A stretch of 64,000 nt of DNA from Acidimicrobiales bacterium (GTDB taxonomy: Bacteria > Actinomycetota > Acidimicrobiia > Acidimicrobiales > GCA-2861595), in NCBI GenBank assembly GCA_046596195.1, contig JBKJNA010000027.1, forward strand, positions 913-64,912. The letters are read 5' to 3'. Position 1 is the stretch's first letter; each line of letters opens with the position of its first letter. A model generated the notes under the pieces. The model was not told the origin of the DNA and did not search any database. It worked only from the letters and a program-made list of their open reading frames with translations. Of this stretch, positions 44,175-53,593 are shown piece after piece. The translations under genes were made by a program, and so were the position numbers.

Positions 44175-45227
44175 TCAGGGCTTTCGGGTGGTCGTGGTGG
44201 TTACCGGTCTCGTGGTGGGGACGGTCGTGACGGCCGGACCGGTGGTGGTGGTCACCGGTCTGGTGGTGGGGGCGGTGGTGACGGCCGGACGGGTGGTCGT
44301 GGTCACCGGGCTGGTCGTGGGGGTGGTGGAGCCGGGAGGGCGGCTCGTCGTGGCGCCCGGGACAGTCGAGGCGACCGGCGCCGTGGTGACCGGCGTCGGC
44401 GGGTCGGCGCATGCCGGCAACGCCAGCTGGAACTGTTCGGCGCCATTGACGACGAGCCGCAAGGCCTGCACCCCGACGCCCTGGCAGGTCAGCTCCCAGC
44501 GGGCCCGTCCGGTGGCATCGGTCACCGTGGGGTTCGCCAGACCGACGCTCCAGCCCGACCCGCCCGCCAGCTCCACGGTGGCGCCCGCCATGGCCACACC
44601 GTTCACCACCCCGCCCGGGTCGACCGAGCGGTTGCTCAGCTGCAGGACCAGGTTGCTGGTCCCGCCCACGACCGGCGGGTTGGGCGCAATCGCCGGCTGC
44701 GGCGTGGTGCCGAAGTTGCGCTCCAGCTTCAGATCCACCGAATAGGTCTCCGTCGCTCCGACGAAGAAGAAGGCGGGGACGGCGATGGCGATGTCAGGCA
44801 CCCGCCACGCCCGGACCCGGTAGCCGCCGCCGAGCACGTTCTGGGCCGACCAGCTGCCGTCGGGGGCCGAGGCCACGTCGATGCCGGCGACCGACCTGCC
44901 CACCAACCGCTCCACCCGGATCGTTGCGCCGTCCACCGGAGTGCCGTCCGGCCCGACCACCGTGCCCTTGATGGTGCCCTTGCCCGGCCCCACCACCACG
45001 GTGGTCATGGTGGCCCGCCCGGCGGGCACGGCCGGCAGGGCCACCCCGGTGAAGTCCGGCGGGGAGGTGGTGGACGGCCGGGCCTGCGTGCTGGGCGGCG
45101 GCGGCAGCGGGTCGAGAGCGACGTCGCCGCCCGAGCACGCGGCCAGGAGGGCAGCGACCGCCAGTGCGGCCACCACCGACCGCAGCGTGCCACGGGCGCC
45201 GACGGCGGCGCCCGCCGGGCCGAGCAC
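44175..45227 (-). CDS. Lipoprotein with a carboxypeptidase-regulatory-like domain and a Thr/Pro-rich repeat tail
   Basis: Lipobox ALLAACSGG. GTIKGTVVGPDGTPVDGATIRVE is CarboxypepD_reg-like. The C-terminus is (PVTTTTxPAVTTxPTTR)n. Start GTG 45227 lies within the long ORF 44175..46931. Confidence 0.65.
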   Translation of the reverse strand: MLGPAGAAVGARGTLRSVVAALAVAALLAACSGGDVALDPLPPPPSTQARPSTTSPPDFTGVALPAVPAGRATMTTVVVGPGKGTIKGTVVGPDGTPVDGATIRVERLVGRSVAGIDVASAPDGSWSAQNVLGGGYRVRAWRVPDIAIAVPAFFFVGATETYSVDLKLERNFGTTPQPAIAPNPPVVGGTSNLVLQLSNRSVDPGGVVNGVAMAGATVELAGGSGWSVGLANPTVTDATGRARWELTCQGVGVQALRLVVNGAEQFQLALPACADPPTPVTTAPVASTVPGATTSRPPGSTTPTTSPVTTTTRPAVTTAPTTRPVTTTTGPAVTTVPTTRPVTTTTTRKP

Positions 45228-45295
45228 CCACGGACGACGCCGGGCGCGCTCAGGCCGCCGTGGGGGAACCGGATGGGGCGCAACCAGATGGTGCA

Positions 45296-46207
45296 CTAGC
45301 CCACGAGCGGCAGGGTCTCCACGCTGGCCGCCGCCGTCCCGGCCTCCCAGCGCACCTCCACCTGGGCCGGCGTCTCCACGTCCCTGCGCACGTAGGCCAA
45401 CGCCACCACTCCCCCGCCGGCCGGACCGGGGGCCACCGAGGTGAGGGCGCCTACTTCCTTGTCGCCCACGAAGAGCGCGGCGCCCACGGGCGGGGTGGCG
45501 GTATCCACCACCACGCCCCGCAGGTTCCGAGGCACGTTGCCGCCGCGCGAATCGATGCGGGCCACCAGCTCCTGGCCGGTGTAGCAGCCCTTGGTGAAAC
45601 TCACCGTGCGGGCCACGATGCCGGCTTCGGCGGGGATCGTCTTCTCGGTGAGCTCGGCGCCCATGGCCGGGATGCCCGCCTCGATGCGCAGCGTCTGCCA
45701 GCTGTCGACACTGCACCGGCGCACCGGGGGCTCCGACAAGGCGGGCGCCTCGCCGAGCACGTCGACGCCGGGCAGGCCCGGCCAGTCGGCCGGGACCACC
45801 ACGCCGCCGGTGGCGCACGGGCCGAGCTCGGCCGCCCGCGGGCCCCGCAGGGCGAGGCAGTGCCAGTCGATCGGCTCGAGGTCGGCCTTGATGCGGATCT
45901 TGAACCTGCGCAAGCGCTCGATCACGGCCTCGCCGAACCCCTCGTCGACGTCGAGCACGAGCTCGTGCGTGCCCGTGCGGAGCACGCGCACCAGCGCCTC
46001 GACCTTGCCCTGGGGCTGCAAGAGCAGGGAATCGGCCGCCTCCCCGACAGCGAGAGCGGCGACGTCCTGGCTCAGCTGGCCCTGCATCCACGACACGGCG
46101 TCGGGGCCCGAGACCCGCAGGAAGTCCCGGGGCAGTTCGAAGGCCCCCACGTCGTTGCGCATGGCCTGGTAGTCGGGGGACGGGTCCACAGGGGCATTGT
46201 CGCTCAC
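45296..46207 (-). CDS. ygfZ: Folate-binding YgfZ/CAF17 family protein (GcvT-like fold)
   Basis: Contains FLRVSGPDAVSWMQGQLSQDV and KGCYTGQELVARI. Confidence 0.75.
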   Translation of the reverse strand: MSDNAPVDPSPDYQAMRNDVGAFELPRDFLRVSGPDAVSWMQGQLSQDVAALAVGEAADSLLLQPQGKVEALVRVLRTGTHELVLDVDEGFGEAVIERLRRFKIRIKADLEPIDWHCLALRGPRAAELGPCATGGVVVPADWPGLPGVDVLGEAPALSEPPVRRCSVDSWQTLRIEAGIPAMGAELTEKTIPAEAGIVARTVSFTKGCYTGQELVARIDSRGGNVPRNLRGVVVDTATPPVGAALFVGDKEVGALTSVAPGPAGGGVVALAYVRRDVETPAQVEVRWEAGTAAASVETLPLVG

Positions 46208-46235
46208 ACCCGCTCCGGCGAGGGAGAATCAGGTG

Positions 46236-46796
46236 ATGAAGTCCGCGCAGCTCACCGGCCGGCTCCTCGTGGCGACGCCCATCCTGGGCGACCCCAACTT
46301 CGACCGCACCGTCGTGCTCCTCCTCGAACACTCCGAGGAGGGGGCGGTCGGCCTCGTGTTGAACCGCCCGAGCAAGACCGAGGTGGCCGAACCGCTGCCT
46401 GAGTGGGACGAGGTGACGGCCGTGCCGTCGGTGATCTTCGTGGGCGGGCCCGTATCGCAGTCGGCGGTCATCGGCCTGGCCCGCTGCGACAGCGGCGCCA
46501 GCTCCGCCGCCGGCTGGCGGGCGGTGGGCGGGGGCATCGCCATCGTCGACCTCACCGACGCCGCCCCGGACGCAGCCGCACCCATCGAGGCGCTCCGCCT
46601 CTTCGCCGGCTACGCCGGCTGGGGCCCGTTCCAGCTGGAGGCGGAGATCGACGCCGGCGCCTGGTGGGTGGTCGACGCCAGCCCCGACGACGCCCTCAGC
46701 CCTGACCCCGAGGGCCTGTGGTCCGCCGTCCTGCGCCGCCAGCGAGGCCGAGTGGCCATCCACGCCTTCTTCCCCGACGACCCCTCGTCCAACTGA
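46236..46796 (+). CDS. YqgE/AlgH family protein (UPF0301)
   Basis: Contains LTGRLLVATPILGDPNFDRTVVLLLEHSEEGAVGLVLNRPS. The ORF opens at 46197; GAGGGAGAA favours a start at 46233 or 46236. Confidence 0.8.
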   Translation: MKSAQLTGRLLVATPILGDPNFDRTVVLLLEHSEEGAVGLVLNRPSKTEVAEPLPEWDEVTAVPSVIFVGGPVSQSAVIGLARCDSGASSAAGWRAVGGGIAIVDLTDAAPDAAAPIEALRLFAGYAGWGPFQLEAEIDAGAWWVVDASPDDALSPDPEGLWSAVLRRQRGRVAIHAFFPDDPSSN

Positions 46797-46800
46797 CCGT

Positions 46801-46847
46801 TCCCGAGTAAATAGCCACCGGATTCCGGTGGCCCTATTTACTCGGGA
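46801..46847. terminator. Palindromic hairpin element, copy 4 (2-nt bulge)
   Basis: TCCCGAGTAAATAGCCACCGG-att-CCGGTGGC(cc)CTATTTACTCGGGA. The trpE TAA stop (46838-46840) lies in the right arm. Confidence 0.7.
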
Positions 46848-48364
46848 GTGCGGAGGTTGGCGGCGCGGGCGGCGGTCATGCGGCGGGCGGCGGGGACGGC
46901 GGCGAGGAGGGCGGCCGCCTTGTTGCAGCACTCCAGGTCCTCCATGGCGGGGTCGCTGTCGGCCACGATGCCGGCGCCCGCCTGGACGCTGGCCTTCCCG
47001 GCCGGGGTGACGAGCATGGTGCGGATGGCGATGGCGGTGTCGAGGTTGCCGGAGAAGTCGACGTAGCCCACCACGCCGGCGTACGGGCCGCGCTTGGTGG
47101 GCTCCAGCTCGTCGATGATCTCCATGGCCTTGACCTTGGGGGCGCCCGACACCGTGCCCGCCGGCAGGGTGGCCCGCAGCACGTCGATCGGGCCGAGACC
47201 TGGAGCCAGCCGGCCCGACACCTGCGAGCTGAGGTGCATGACGTGGCTGTAGCGCTCGAGGGTGAGCAGTTCGTCGACCTGCTCGGTGCCGAAGCGCACC
47301 ACCCGCCCCACGTCGTTGCGGGCCAGGTCGACCAGCATCACGTGCTCGGCCAGCTCCTTGGGGTGCTCGCGCAGCTCGCCGGCCAGCCGGCGGTCCTCCT
47401 CGTCGGTGCGGCCCCGGCGGCGGGTGCCGGCGATGGGCCGCGACACGACCCGGTCGCCCAGCAGCTGCACCATGGGCTCGGGTGACGAGCCCACCACGGT
47501 GACGGCCGGATGGCGCAGGAAGTACATGTACGGCGACGGGTTCACCTGGCGCAGCGCCCGGTACACGTCGAAGGGGTCGGCGCCGAGGTCGAGGTCGAAC
47601 CGCATCGACAGCACGACCTGGAAGATGTCGCCGTCGAGGATGCGCTCCTTGGCCGCCGCCACCGCCCGGGCGTAGTCCGCAGCGCTCACCGTGCGGGTGA
47701 CGTCGGGCGGCGGCTCGTCGCGCTCGGGCGGTTCCACCACCGGCTCGTCGAGGGGACGGGCGCCGTCGGCCGCCAGCCGGTCGAGGCGGGCCTCGGCGTC
47801 GTCGTAGAGGGCGTCGATGTCGTCAGCCGACGCGTCCGGGGGGACGAAGGCGTTGGCGATCAGGGTGACCCGCTGGCGCCAGTGGTCGTAGGCGGCGATC
47901 TCCCCCACCACCGACAGCACGGCGTCGGGATGGCCCAGGTCGTCGGGCGGGACGTCGGGCAGGCGCTCGACCTCGCGCGCCACGTCGTAGCCCAGGTAGC
48001 CGACCACACCGCCGTGCAGCGGTGGCAGGTCGGGCACCGGCGGCGAGTGGTAGGCGGCCAGCAGCCCCTCGAGAGCGGCCAGCACGCCCCGGTCGAGGGC
48101 CACGCCGGCGGGCACGCCGTTGTCGGCCTCTATGCGCCCGCCCCGGGCCACCAGGGTGGTCGACGGGTTGCGGCCGACGAACGACCACCGGCTCCAGCGC
48201 TCGCCGTGCTCCACCGACTCGAACAGGAACCCGGCGCCGTCGCCCACCACCCGTAGGAACCCGGCCACTGGCGTGGTGAGGTCGCCCAGGATCTCCCGCC
48301 ACACCGGCACCACGGGGGCGCTACGGGTTAGGGCGCGGAAGTCGTCCCTACTGGGGCGGGGCAC
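46838..48364 (-). CDS. trpE: Anthranilate synthase component I
   Basis: Contains [18 protein letters not shown]-type [19 protein letters not shown], and [10 protein letters not shown]. Confidence 0.95.
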   Translation of the reverse strand: MPRPSRDDFRALTRSAPVVPVWREILGDLTTPVAGFLRVVGDGAGFLFESVEHGERWSRWSFVGRNPSTTLVARGGRIEADNGVPAGVALDRGVLAALEGLLAAYHSPPVPDLPPLHGGVVGYLGYDVAREVERLPDVPPDDLGHPDAVLSVVGEIAAYDHWRQRVTLIANAFVPPDASADDIDALYDDAEARLDRLAADGARPLDEPVVEPPERDEPPPDVTRTVSAADYARAVAAAKERILDGDIFQVVLSMRFDLDLGADPFDVYRALRQVNPSPYMYFLRHPAVTVVGSSPEPMVQLLGDRVVSRPIAGTRRRGRTDEEDRRLAGELREHPKELAEHVMLVDLARNDVGRVVRFGTEQVDELLTLERYSHVMHLSSQVSGRLAPGLGPIDVLRATLPAGTVSGAPKVKAMEIIDELEPTKRGPYAGVVGYVDFSGNLDTAIAIRTMLVTPAGKASVQAGAGIVADSDPAMEDLECCNKAAALLAAVPAARRMTAARAANLRTPE

Positions 48365-48797
48365 CGAACGGCCGGTAGAAGCAGGTGAACTCGCCGGTGT
48401 GGCAGGCGCCCTTGCCTACCTGGTCGACGACGAACAGCAGGGCGTCGCCGTCACAGTCGTAGGACGCCTCGACTACGTTCTGGACGTCGCCCGACGTGTC
48501 GCCTTTGGCCCACCGCTCCTGACGCGACCGGCTCCAGTACACCATCCGCCCCGTCTCCAGGGTCTCCCGCAGCGTGTCGGCGTTCATCCACGCCAGCATC
48601 AGCACCTTCCCTGTGGCCCGGTCCTGGGCGATGGCGGGCACGAGGCCAGAGGCGTCGTACCTCACCTGATCGAGGCCAGCAATCGGGTCGGGCGTCACGA
48701 CAGCCCCGGGGGAAGCAGGGCGCCCGGCCACCGCACGCCGCCGAAGGCGGCCCCGATGGCTGGGCGCAACCGCCGGCGAAGCCGGCGGCGAGGACAA
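48348..48797 (-). CDS. hisI: Phosphoribosyl-AMP cyclohydrolase
   Basis: Contains GLVPAIAQD...VLMLAWMN...YWSRSR...WAKGDTSG...DCDGDALL...GACHTGE. The start is uncertain because the N-terminal 30 aa look non-native. Confidence 0.85.
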   Translation of the reverse strand: MSSPPASPAVAPSHRGRLRRRAVAGRPASPGAVVTPDPIAGLDQVRYDASGLVPAIAQDRATGKVLMLAWMNADTLRETLETGRMVYWSRSRQERWAKGDTSGDVQNVVEASYDCDGDALLFVVDQVGKGACHTGEFTCFYRPFGAPPQ

Positions 48798-48807
48798 ACG
48801 AGCGGAG

Positions 48808-48830
48808 GCAGACCGGCTCCGCCGGTCTGC
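48808..48830 (-). terminator. Hairpin downstream of the GroES-like gene
   Basis: GCAGACCGG-ctccg-CCGGTCTGC, followed on the minus strand by CTCCGCTCGTTTGTCC. Confidence 0.45.
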
Positions 48831-48876
48831 TGGAGCACGGACAACTCGCTGAGCAAGCTCCGCTTGCGAAGCGAAA

Positions 48877-49203
48877 TCACAGGTACAGCCCCGTGGCGTC
48901 CTCGTTGCGGTCGGAGGCGACGGCGTGCACGTCGCGCTCGCGCAGGATCAGGTACTCCTCGCCCTGGACCTCCACCTCGAAGCGGTCCTCGGGGTTGAAC
49001 AGCACCCAGTCGCCCGTGCGCACGCTGCGCACATTCGGCCCCACCGCCACCACCTCGGCCCACGCCAGGCGCTTGCCGACCTGGGCGGTGGCGGGGATGA
49101 GGATCCCCGACCGGGACCGGCGCTCACCCTCGGCTGCCGGGATCTGCACCAGCAGCCGGTCGGCCAGCATGGTGATGGGCTGCTTGTGGTCGCGCTCGGG
49201 CAC
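48877..49203 (-). CDS. Divergent GroES/Cpn10-like co-chaperonin family protein
   Basis: LADRLLVQ..(mobile-loop region)..SGILIP....G.VVAVGP......GDWVLF......[17 protein letters not shown] follows the Cpn10 pattern. It stands alone with no groEL nearby. Confidence 0.6.
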   Translation of the reverse strand: MPERDHKQPITMLADRLLVQIPAAEGERRSRSGILIPATAQVGKRLAWAEVVAVGPNVRSVRTGDWVLFNPEDRFEVEVQGEEYLILRERDVHAVASDRNEDATGLYL

Positions 49204-49213
49204 CCCCCACGGT

Positions 49214-49318
49214 AATGGACGGCAGCGGGTGGGGATGGGGTCCCCACCTCGCGGAGGAGGCCGGGGTTGGGGCCCCGGCCGGGCAGATTGAAATGGACGG
49301 CAGCGGGTGGGGATGGGG
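49214..49318. repeat. 27-bp direct repeat x2 (AATGGACGGCAGCGGGTGGGGATGGGG)
   Basis: Exact copies at 49214-49240 and 49292-49318 in the GroES-like / MerR divergent region. The first copy is followed by TCCCCACC, which forms GGTGGGGA-tgggg-TCCCCACC. Confidence 0.9.
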
Positions 49319-49457
49319 CCACTGGTCGTATCGTTACTTCAACTGATGGCACTATACAACGAGGCATGGTCGTGGTAGCGTGGGCCACGTGGCCCCGACC
49401 CCCGCTGCACCCACCGTCCCCCCCGACGGCGAGGTTCGCGGGGCGGCGGGGCCCACG

Positions 49458-50180
49458 ATGACGATCGACGAGCTGGCCCGCCGGGCCGGGTGCACCACCC
49501 GCAACGTCCGGAACCACCAGACGGCTGGCCTCCTGCCCCCGCCGGTGATCGACGGACGGGTGGGTCGCTACGACGAGGGCCATCTGGCCCGCCTGCGCCT
49601 CATCGCCCAGCTCCAGGAGCAGGGTTACTCGCTGGCCGGGATCGCGTCGCTGCTGGAGGCCTGGCAGAAGGGTCACAGCCTGGCCGAGGTACTCGGCTTC
49701 GAGCAGGCCCTCACCGCTCCGTGGACCGACGAGGAGCCCGAGGTCGTCTCCCCCGGCTACCTGTTCGAGCTGTTCCCGGAGAGCGCCACCCGCCCGGATC
49801 TCGTCCTGCGGGCCGTGGAGCTCGGCCTCTTCGAGGCGGACGGGCCCGACGTGCGGGTGCTCAGCCCCCGGCTCGTGAAGGCGGGCGCCGAGTTGGTGGC
49901 GGTGGGGGTGCCCCTGGCCGCCACACTGGCGGAGCTGGGCGAGCTGCGCCGGGACCTCGACCGGGTGGCCACCCGGCTCGTGCACCTGTTCGAGGAGCAC
50001 GTCTGGAAGCCCTTCGCCGACGCCGGCATGCCGGCCGACCAACTTCCCCACGTCACCGACGCCCTCCGGCGCATGCGCCCGCTGGCCGCCGCCACCGTCC
50101 AGGCGGTGCTGGCCCGGGCCATGGAGAGCCGCACCGCCGCGTCCACCACCATGGCGGCGGTCCGGGAAGGCATGCGATGA
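49458..50180 (+). CDS. MerR family transcriptional regulator
   Basis: Contains MTIDELARRAGCTTRNVRNHQTAGLLPPP...GRYDEGHLARLRLIAQLQEQGYSLAGI. In-frame ATG at 49458. Confidence 0.8.
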   Translation: MTIDELARRAGCTTRNVRNHQTAGLLPPPVIDGRVGRYDEGHLARLRLIAQLQEQGYSLAGIASLLEAWQKGHSLAEVLGFEQALTAPWTDEEPEVVSPGYLFELFPESATRPDLVLRAVELGLFEADGPDVRVLSPRLVKAGAELVAVGVPLAATLAELGELRRDLDRVATRLVHLFEEHVWKPFADAGMPADQLPHVTDALRRMRPLAAATVQAVLARAMESRTAASTTMAAVREGMR

Positions 50181-50253
50181 CCACCGCAGGAGCAGCAGCA
50201 CCGACAGCACGGCACCGCACGGCCCCGTCGACGCGCAAGGAAGGAAGCACGCC

Positions 50254-52080
50254 ATGATCGCCTTCGCCGGATGGGGCACCGACTGGCCGTTCGTGGCCGC
50301 GCCCTTCGTCTTCTATTTCTTCACCGTCTTCTGGCTGCTCTGCATGGGCGACCACGAGGGCGAGACCAACCCGATCCGCATGTTCTTCCGGCGCATCTCC
50401 ACCGCCATGGAGGACGTCACCGGGTACCCCGGCTGGGCCATGGCCGGCGCCCTGAGCGGCCTGCTGGTTCTGGCCGTGGCCGCTCTCGGCCTCTACTGGG
50501 ACGTGGCGTACCACATCGATTTCGGCCGGGACAACCAGCTGATGACGCCCAGCCACACGATGATCCTGCTGGGCCTCGGCGGCATGGTCTACGCAGCGGT
50601 GATCGCGGTGATCTTCGCCACCAACGACCGCACGCAGGTGGGCTTCGGGTTCGCCGGCATGCGCATCCCGTGGTCGGCCCTCATGCTCGCCGTCCTCGGC
50701 TTCGGCGGCGTGGCCGCCTTCCCACTCGACGAGCTTTGGCACCGGGCCTACGGCGTCGACGTCACCCTGTGGAGCCCCACCCACCTGCAGCTGGTCGCCG
50801 GTGGCGGGCTCGGCCCCATCGCCGTCCTGCTCATGCTCCTCGAAGGCCGCTCCCAGGCGAGCCCTCGGGCCCTCGGCCGCATCATCGAGGCCACCACCGG
50901 TGGCGCCGTCCTCGTGGGCCTGTCGACCTTCCAGGGCGAGTTCGACTTCGGTGTCCCCCAGTTCCAGGCCCTGTACCTGCCCGTCCTGTTCGCCGTCGTC
51001 ATGGGCTTCGGCCTGGTGCTCGTGCGCATGGCCCTCGGCCAGGGCGGCGCCATCACGTCGGTGATCGCGTTCCTCGTCCTGCGCATCTCCCTTGCCCTCC
51101 TGGTGGGCGGCGCCCTCAACCACACCACGCCCCGCTTCCCGCTCTACCTGGTGGGCGCCGTCTGCGTGGAGGTGGTGGCGTACGTGCTCGGCACCGACAA
51201 GACGCTGCGGTTCGCCCTGGTGGCAGGGGCGGCGGCGGGCACAATCGGCCTGGCCGGCGAGATGGCGTTCGTCGACGTCTCCGGGTGGTTCGACGTCGAC
51301 CCGACCGCCATGCTCCTGCCGGCGCTCGTCATCTGCCTGGTGGCGGCGACGGCGGCGGCCGTCCTGGGCGCCGGCCTGGGCAGGGCGTGGCGGCCGTCGG
51401 GGGACGAGTCCTCCACGCCGATGCCGCTCGCCGCTCTCGGCGTCGCGGGCCTGGCCGTCATCGTGGCGCTGGCGCTGCCGCTGCCCCGCAACGTCGGCCA
51501 GGTCGACGCCGTCATCCGGCTGGAGCCGGCCGGCGACCTGGCCAAGGTGGCGGTCGACGTCACGCCGGCCGATGCGGCCGACAACGCCACCGCCTTCGGG
51601 GTCATGTCCTGGCAGGGCGGCGGCCGGGTGTGGGCCGAGCTCGAGAAGGCCGGCCCGGGACACTGGGTCACCACCAAGGCGGTGCCCATCGCCGGGTCGT
51701 GGAAGTCGATGGTGAGCCTCCAGCGGGCCGACGAGGTGATGGCGGCGCCGATCTACCTGCCCGCCGACGCCGAGATCGGCGCCTCCGCCGTGCCCGCCCT
51801 GCCCGAGCGGTCCGCCCCGTTCGTGCGCAACACGGAGATCCTCCTGCGGGAGGCCAAGGACGGGCCCGGCTGGCCGGCGCTCCTCGCCTACGCCGGCGTG
51901 GCCCTCGTGGCGGCCGTGTGGATCGGCCTGTTCGCCTTCACCGGCCGGCGCCTGGCCGGCGCCGAGCCGCCCCCGCCAGCGCCGCCGGCCGACAGGGGCA
52001 GCGACGCCGGGACCGCCTTTGTGCCTGGCGGCAGGCTCGAGCCCGTCGGCGGCCACACCCGCTCCTGGGCCAACTGGTAG
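50254..52080 (+). CDS. Large polytopic membrane protein of unknown function with conserved His motifs and a C-terminal extracytoplasmic domain
   Basis: 608 aa with about 12 TM helices. Motifs are WDVAYHIDFGRD..TPSH and PLDELWHRAYGVDVTLWSPTH. AAGGAAGG lies upstream of the ATG. Confidence 0.6.
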   Translation: MIAFAGWGTDWPFVAAPFVFYFFTVFWLLCMGDHEGETNPIRMFFRRISTAMEDVTGYPGWAMAGALSGLLVLAVAALGLYWDVAYHIDFGRDNQLMTPSHTMILLGLGGMVYAAVIAVIFATNDRTQVGFGFAGMRIPWSALMLAVLGFGGVAAFPLDELWHRAYGVDVTLWSPTHLQLVAGGGLGPIAVLLMLLEGRSQASPRALGRIIEATTGGAVLVGLSTFQGEFDFGVPQFQALYLPVLFAVVMGFGLVLVRMALGQGGAITSVIAFLVLRISLALLVGGALNHTTPRFPLYLVGAVCVEVVAYVLGTDKTLRFALVAGAAAGTIGLAGEMAFVDVSGWFDVDPTAMLLPALVICLVAATAAAVLGAGLGRAWRPSGDESSTPMPLAALGVAGLAVIVALALPLPRNVGQVDAVIRLEPAGDLAKVAVDVTPADAADNATAFGVMSWQGGGRVWAELEKAGPGHWVTTKAVPIAGSWKSMVSLQRADEVMAAPIYLPADAEIGASAVPALPERSAPFVRNTEILLREAKDGPGWPALLAYAGVALVAAVWIGLFAFTGRRLAGAEPPPPAPPADRGSDAGTAFVPGGRLEPVGGHTRSWANW

Positions 52081-52106
52081 CGAACGAGGGAGTCCCCCCG
52101 GCATCT

Positions 52107-52874
52107 CTAAACGGGGCGAACCGACACGCCGGCGGCGGCCAGATGGGCCTTCGCCTGGGCGACCGTGAGGTCGCCGAAGTGGAACACCGAGGCGGCGAGC
52201 AGCGCATCGGCGCCGCCCTCCACCGCCCCCGCCACCAGGTGGTCGAGCGTGCCCACGCCGCCGCTGGCGATCACCGGGATGTTGCAGGCGTCGACGACCG
52301 ACCGCAGCAGCTCGAGGTCGAATCCGTCGCGGGTGCCGTCGCGGTCCATCGAGGTGAGCAGGATCTCCCCCGCCCCGAGCCGCTCGCACTCGCCCGCCCA
52401 CGCCACCGCGTCGAGCCCCGTGGGCGTGCGCCCGCCGTGGGTGTGCACCTCGAAGCCCGCCGTAGCGTCCGTGCGCCGTCGGGCGTCGATGGCGACGACC
52501 ACGCACTGCGCCCCGAACTCGGTGGACAGGTCGGCCACGAGCTCTGGACGGGCCACGGCGGCGGTGTTCACTCCGACCTTGTCCGCCCCGGCCCGCAGGA
52601 GCGCCCGGGCATCGTCGACGGTGCGCACGCCGCCGCCCACGGTGAGGGGGATGAACACCCGCTCGGCCGTCCTCCACACCACGTCGATCATGGTGGACCG
52701 GGCGCCCGACGACGCCGTGATGTCGAGGAACACGATCTCGTCGGCTCCCGCCTCGTCGTAGCGGGCGGCCAGTTCGGCCGGGTCACCGGCGTCGCGTAGG
52801 TCGACGAAGCGCACGCCCTTCACCACCCGGCCGGCGTCGACGTCGAGGCAGGGGATGATCCTCACGGCTCGCAC
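52107..52874 (-). CDS. hisF: Imidazole glycerol phosphate synthase cyclase subunit
   Basis: Contains [15 protein letters not shown]...GDP and GADKV..NTAA. Confidence 0.95.
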   Translation of the reverse strand: MRAVRIIPCLDVDAGRVVKGVRFVDLRDAGDPAELAARYDEAGADEIVFLDITASSGARSTMIDVVWRTAERVFIPLTVGGGVRTVDDARALLRAGADKVGVNTAAVARPELVADLSTEFGAQCVVVAIDARRRTDATAGFEVHTHGGRTPTGLDAVAWAGECERLGAGEILLTSMDRDGTRDGFDLELLRSVVDACNIPVIASGGVGTLDHLVAGAVEGGADALLAASVFHFGDLTVAQAKAHLAAAGVSVRPV

Positions 52875-53593
52875 GCCAGCACCGCCTCCCGCACGCTGAA
52901 CACGCCCTCGTGGATTGCGGTACCGACGATGGCGCGGGCGAGCGGCCGCCCACCGGCCTCCACCAGGGCAAGGGCCCGAAGGTCGTCGAGCGTGCCCACG
53001 CCACCCGACGCCACCACAGGGTGACGGGTCGCCGCCAGCACGCCGGCGAGGCCATCGAGATCGGGCCCCCCGAGCATCCCGTCGCGAGAGATGTCGGTTA
53101 CCACCACGGCTCCCAGCTCGGCGTCCTCGATCTCGTTCAGGACGTCGGTCAGGGTGCGGCCCGACCCCTCCGTCCAGCCCCGCACCGCAACCTCACCGTG
53201 ACGCGCATCGAGACCGACGGCCACCCGGTGGGGGTGGCGCTGGGCCACGCGCCGCAACAAGCCGGGGTCCTCCAGCGCGGCGGTCCCGAGCACGATCCGG
53301 CTCACGCCGGCCCCGAGGAGCGCCTCAGCCGAGAACTCGTCCCGGATGCCGCCCCCCGCCTGTACCGGGATCGCCACGGCCGCGGCGATGGCGGCGACGA
53401 CGGCCCGGTTCTCGGGCCGACCGGTCCGGGCCGCGTCGAGGTCGACCACGTGGATCCACGACGCCCCGTCCGCCTCGAACTCCTTGGCCACCGCCACCGG
53501 ATCGCCCCCGTACACCTTCTCCCGCGCGTAGTCCCCCTGCACGAGCCGCACGCACGCCCCACCCCGGATGTCGATCGCCGGATAGAGCTCCAT
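52862..53593 (-). CDS. hisA: 1-(5-phosphoribosyl)-5-[(5-phosphoribosylamino)methylideneamino]imidazole-4-carboxamide isomerase (HisA/PriA family)
   Basis: Contains [22 protein letters not shown] and VVDLDAA. The ATG at 53593 overlaps the hisH stop as ATGA. Confidence 0.9.
   Translation of the reverse strand: MELYPAIDIRGGACVRLVQGDYAREKVYGGDPVAVAKEFEADGASWIHVVDLDAARTGRPENRAVVAAIAAAVAIPVQAGGGIRDEFSAEALLGAGVSRIVLGTAALEDPGLLRRVAQRHPHRVAVGLDARHGEVAVRGWTEGSGRTLTDVLNEIEDAELGAVVVTDISRDGMLGGPDLDGLAGVLAATRHPVVASGGVGTLDDLRALALVEAGGRPLARAIVGTAIHEGVFSVREAVLACEP

Noticed and set aside
49228-49275. G-quadruplex as the explanation for the G-rich boxes
   Set aside because: G-runs are present (GGG-T-GGGG-AT-GGGG...GGGG-TT-GGGG), but in a 70% GC genome such runs are frequent. 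The exact 27-bp duplication is better explained as a protein-binding or duplicated promoter element. It is kept only as a side note.
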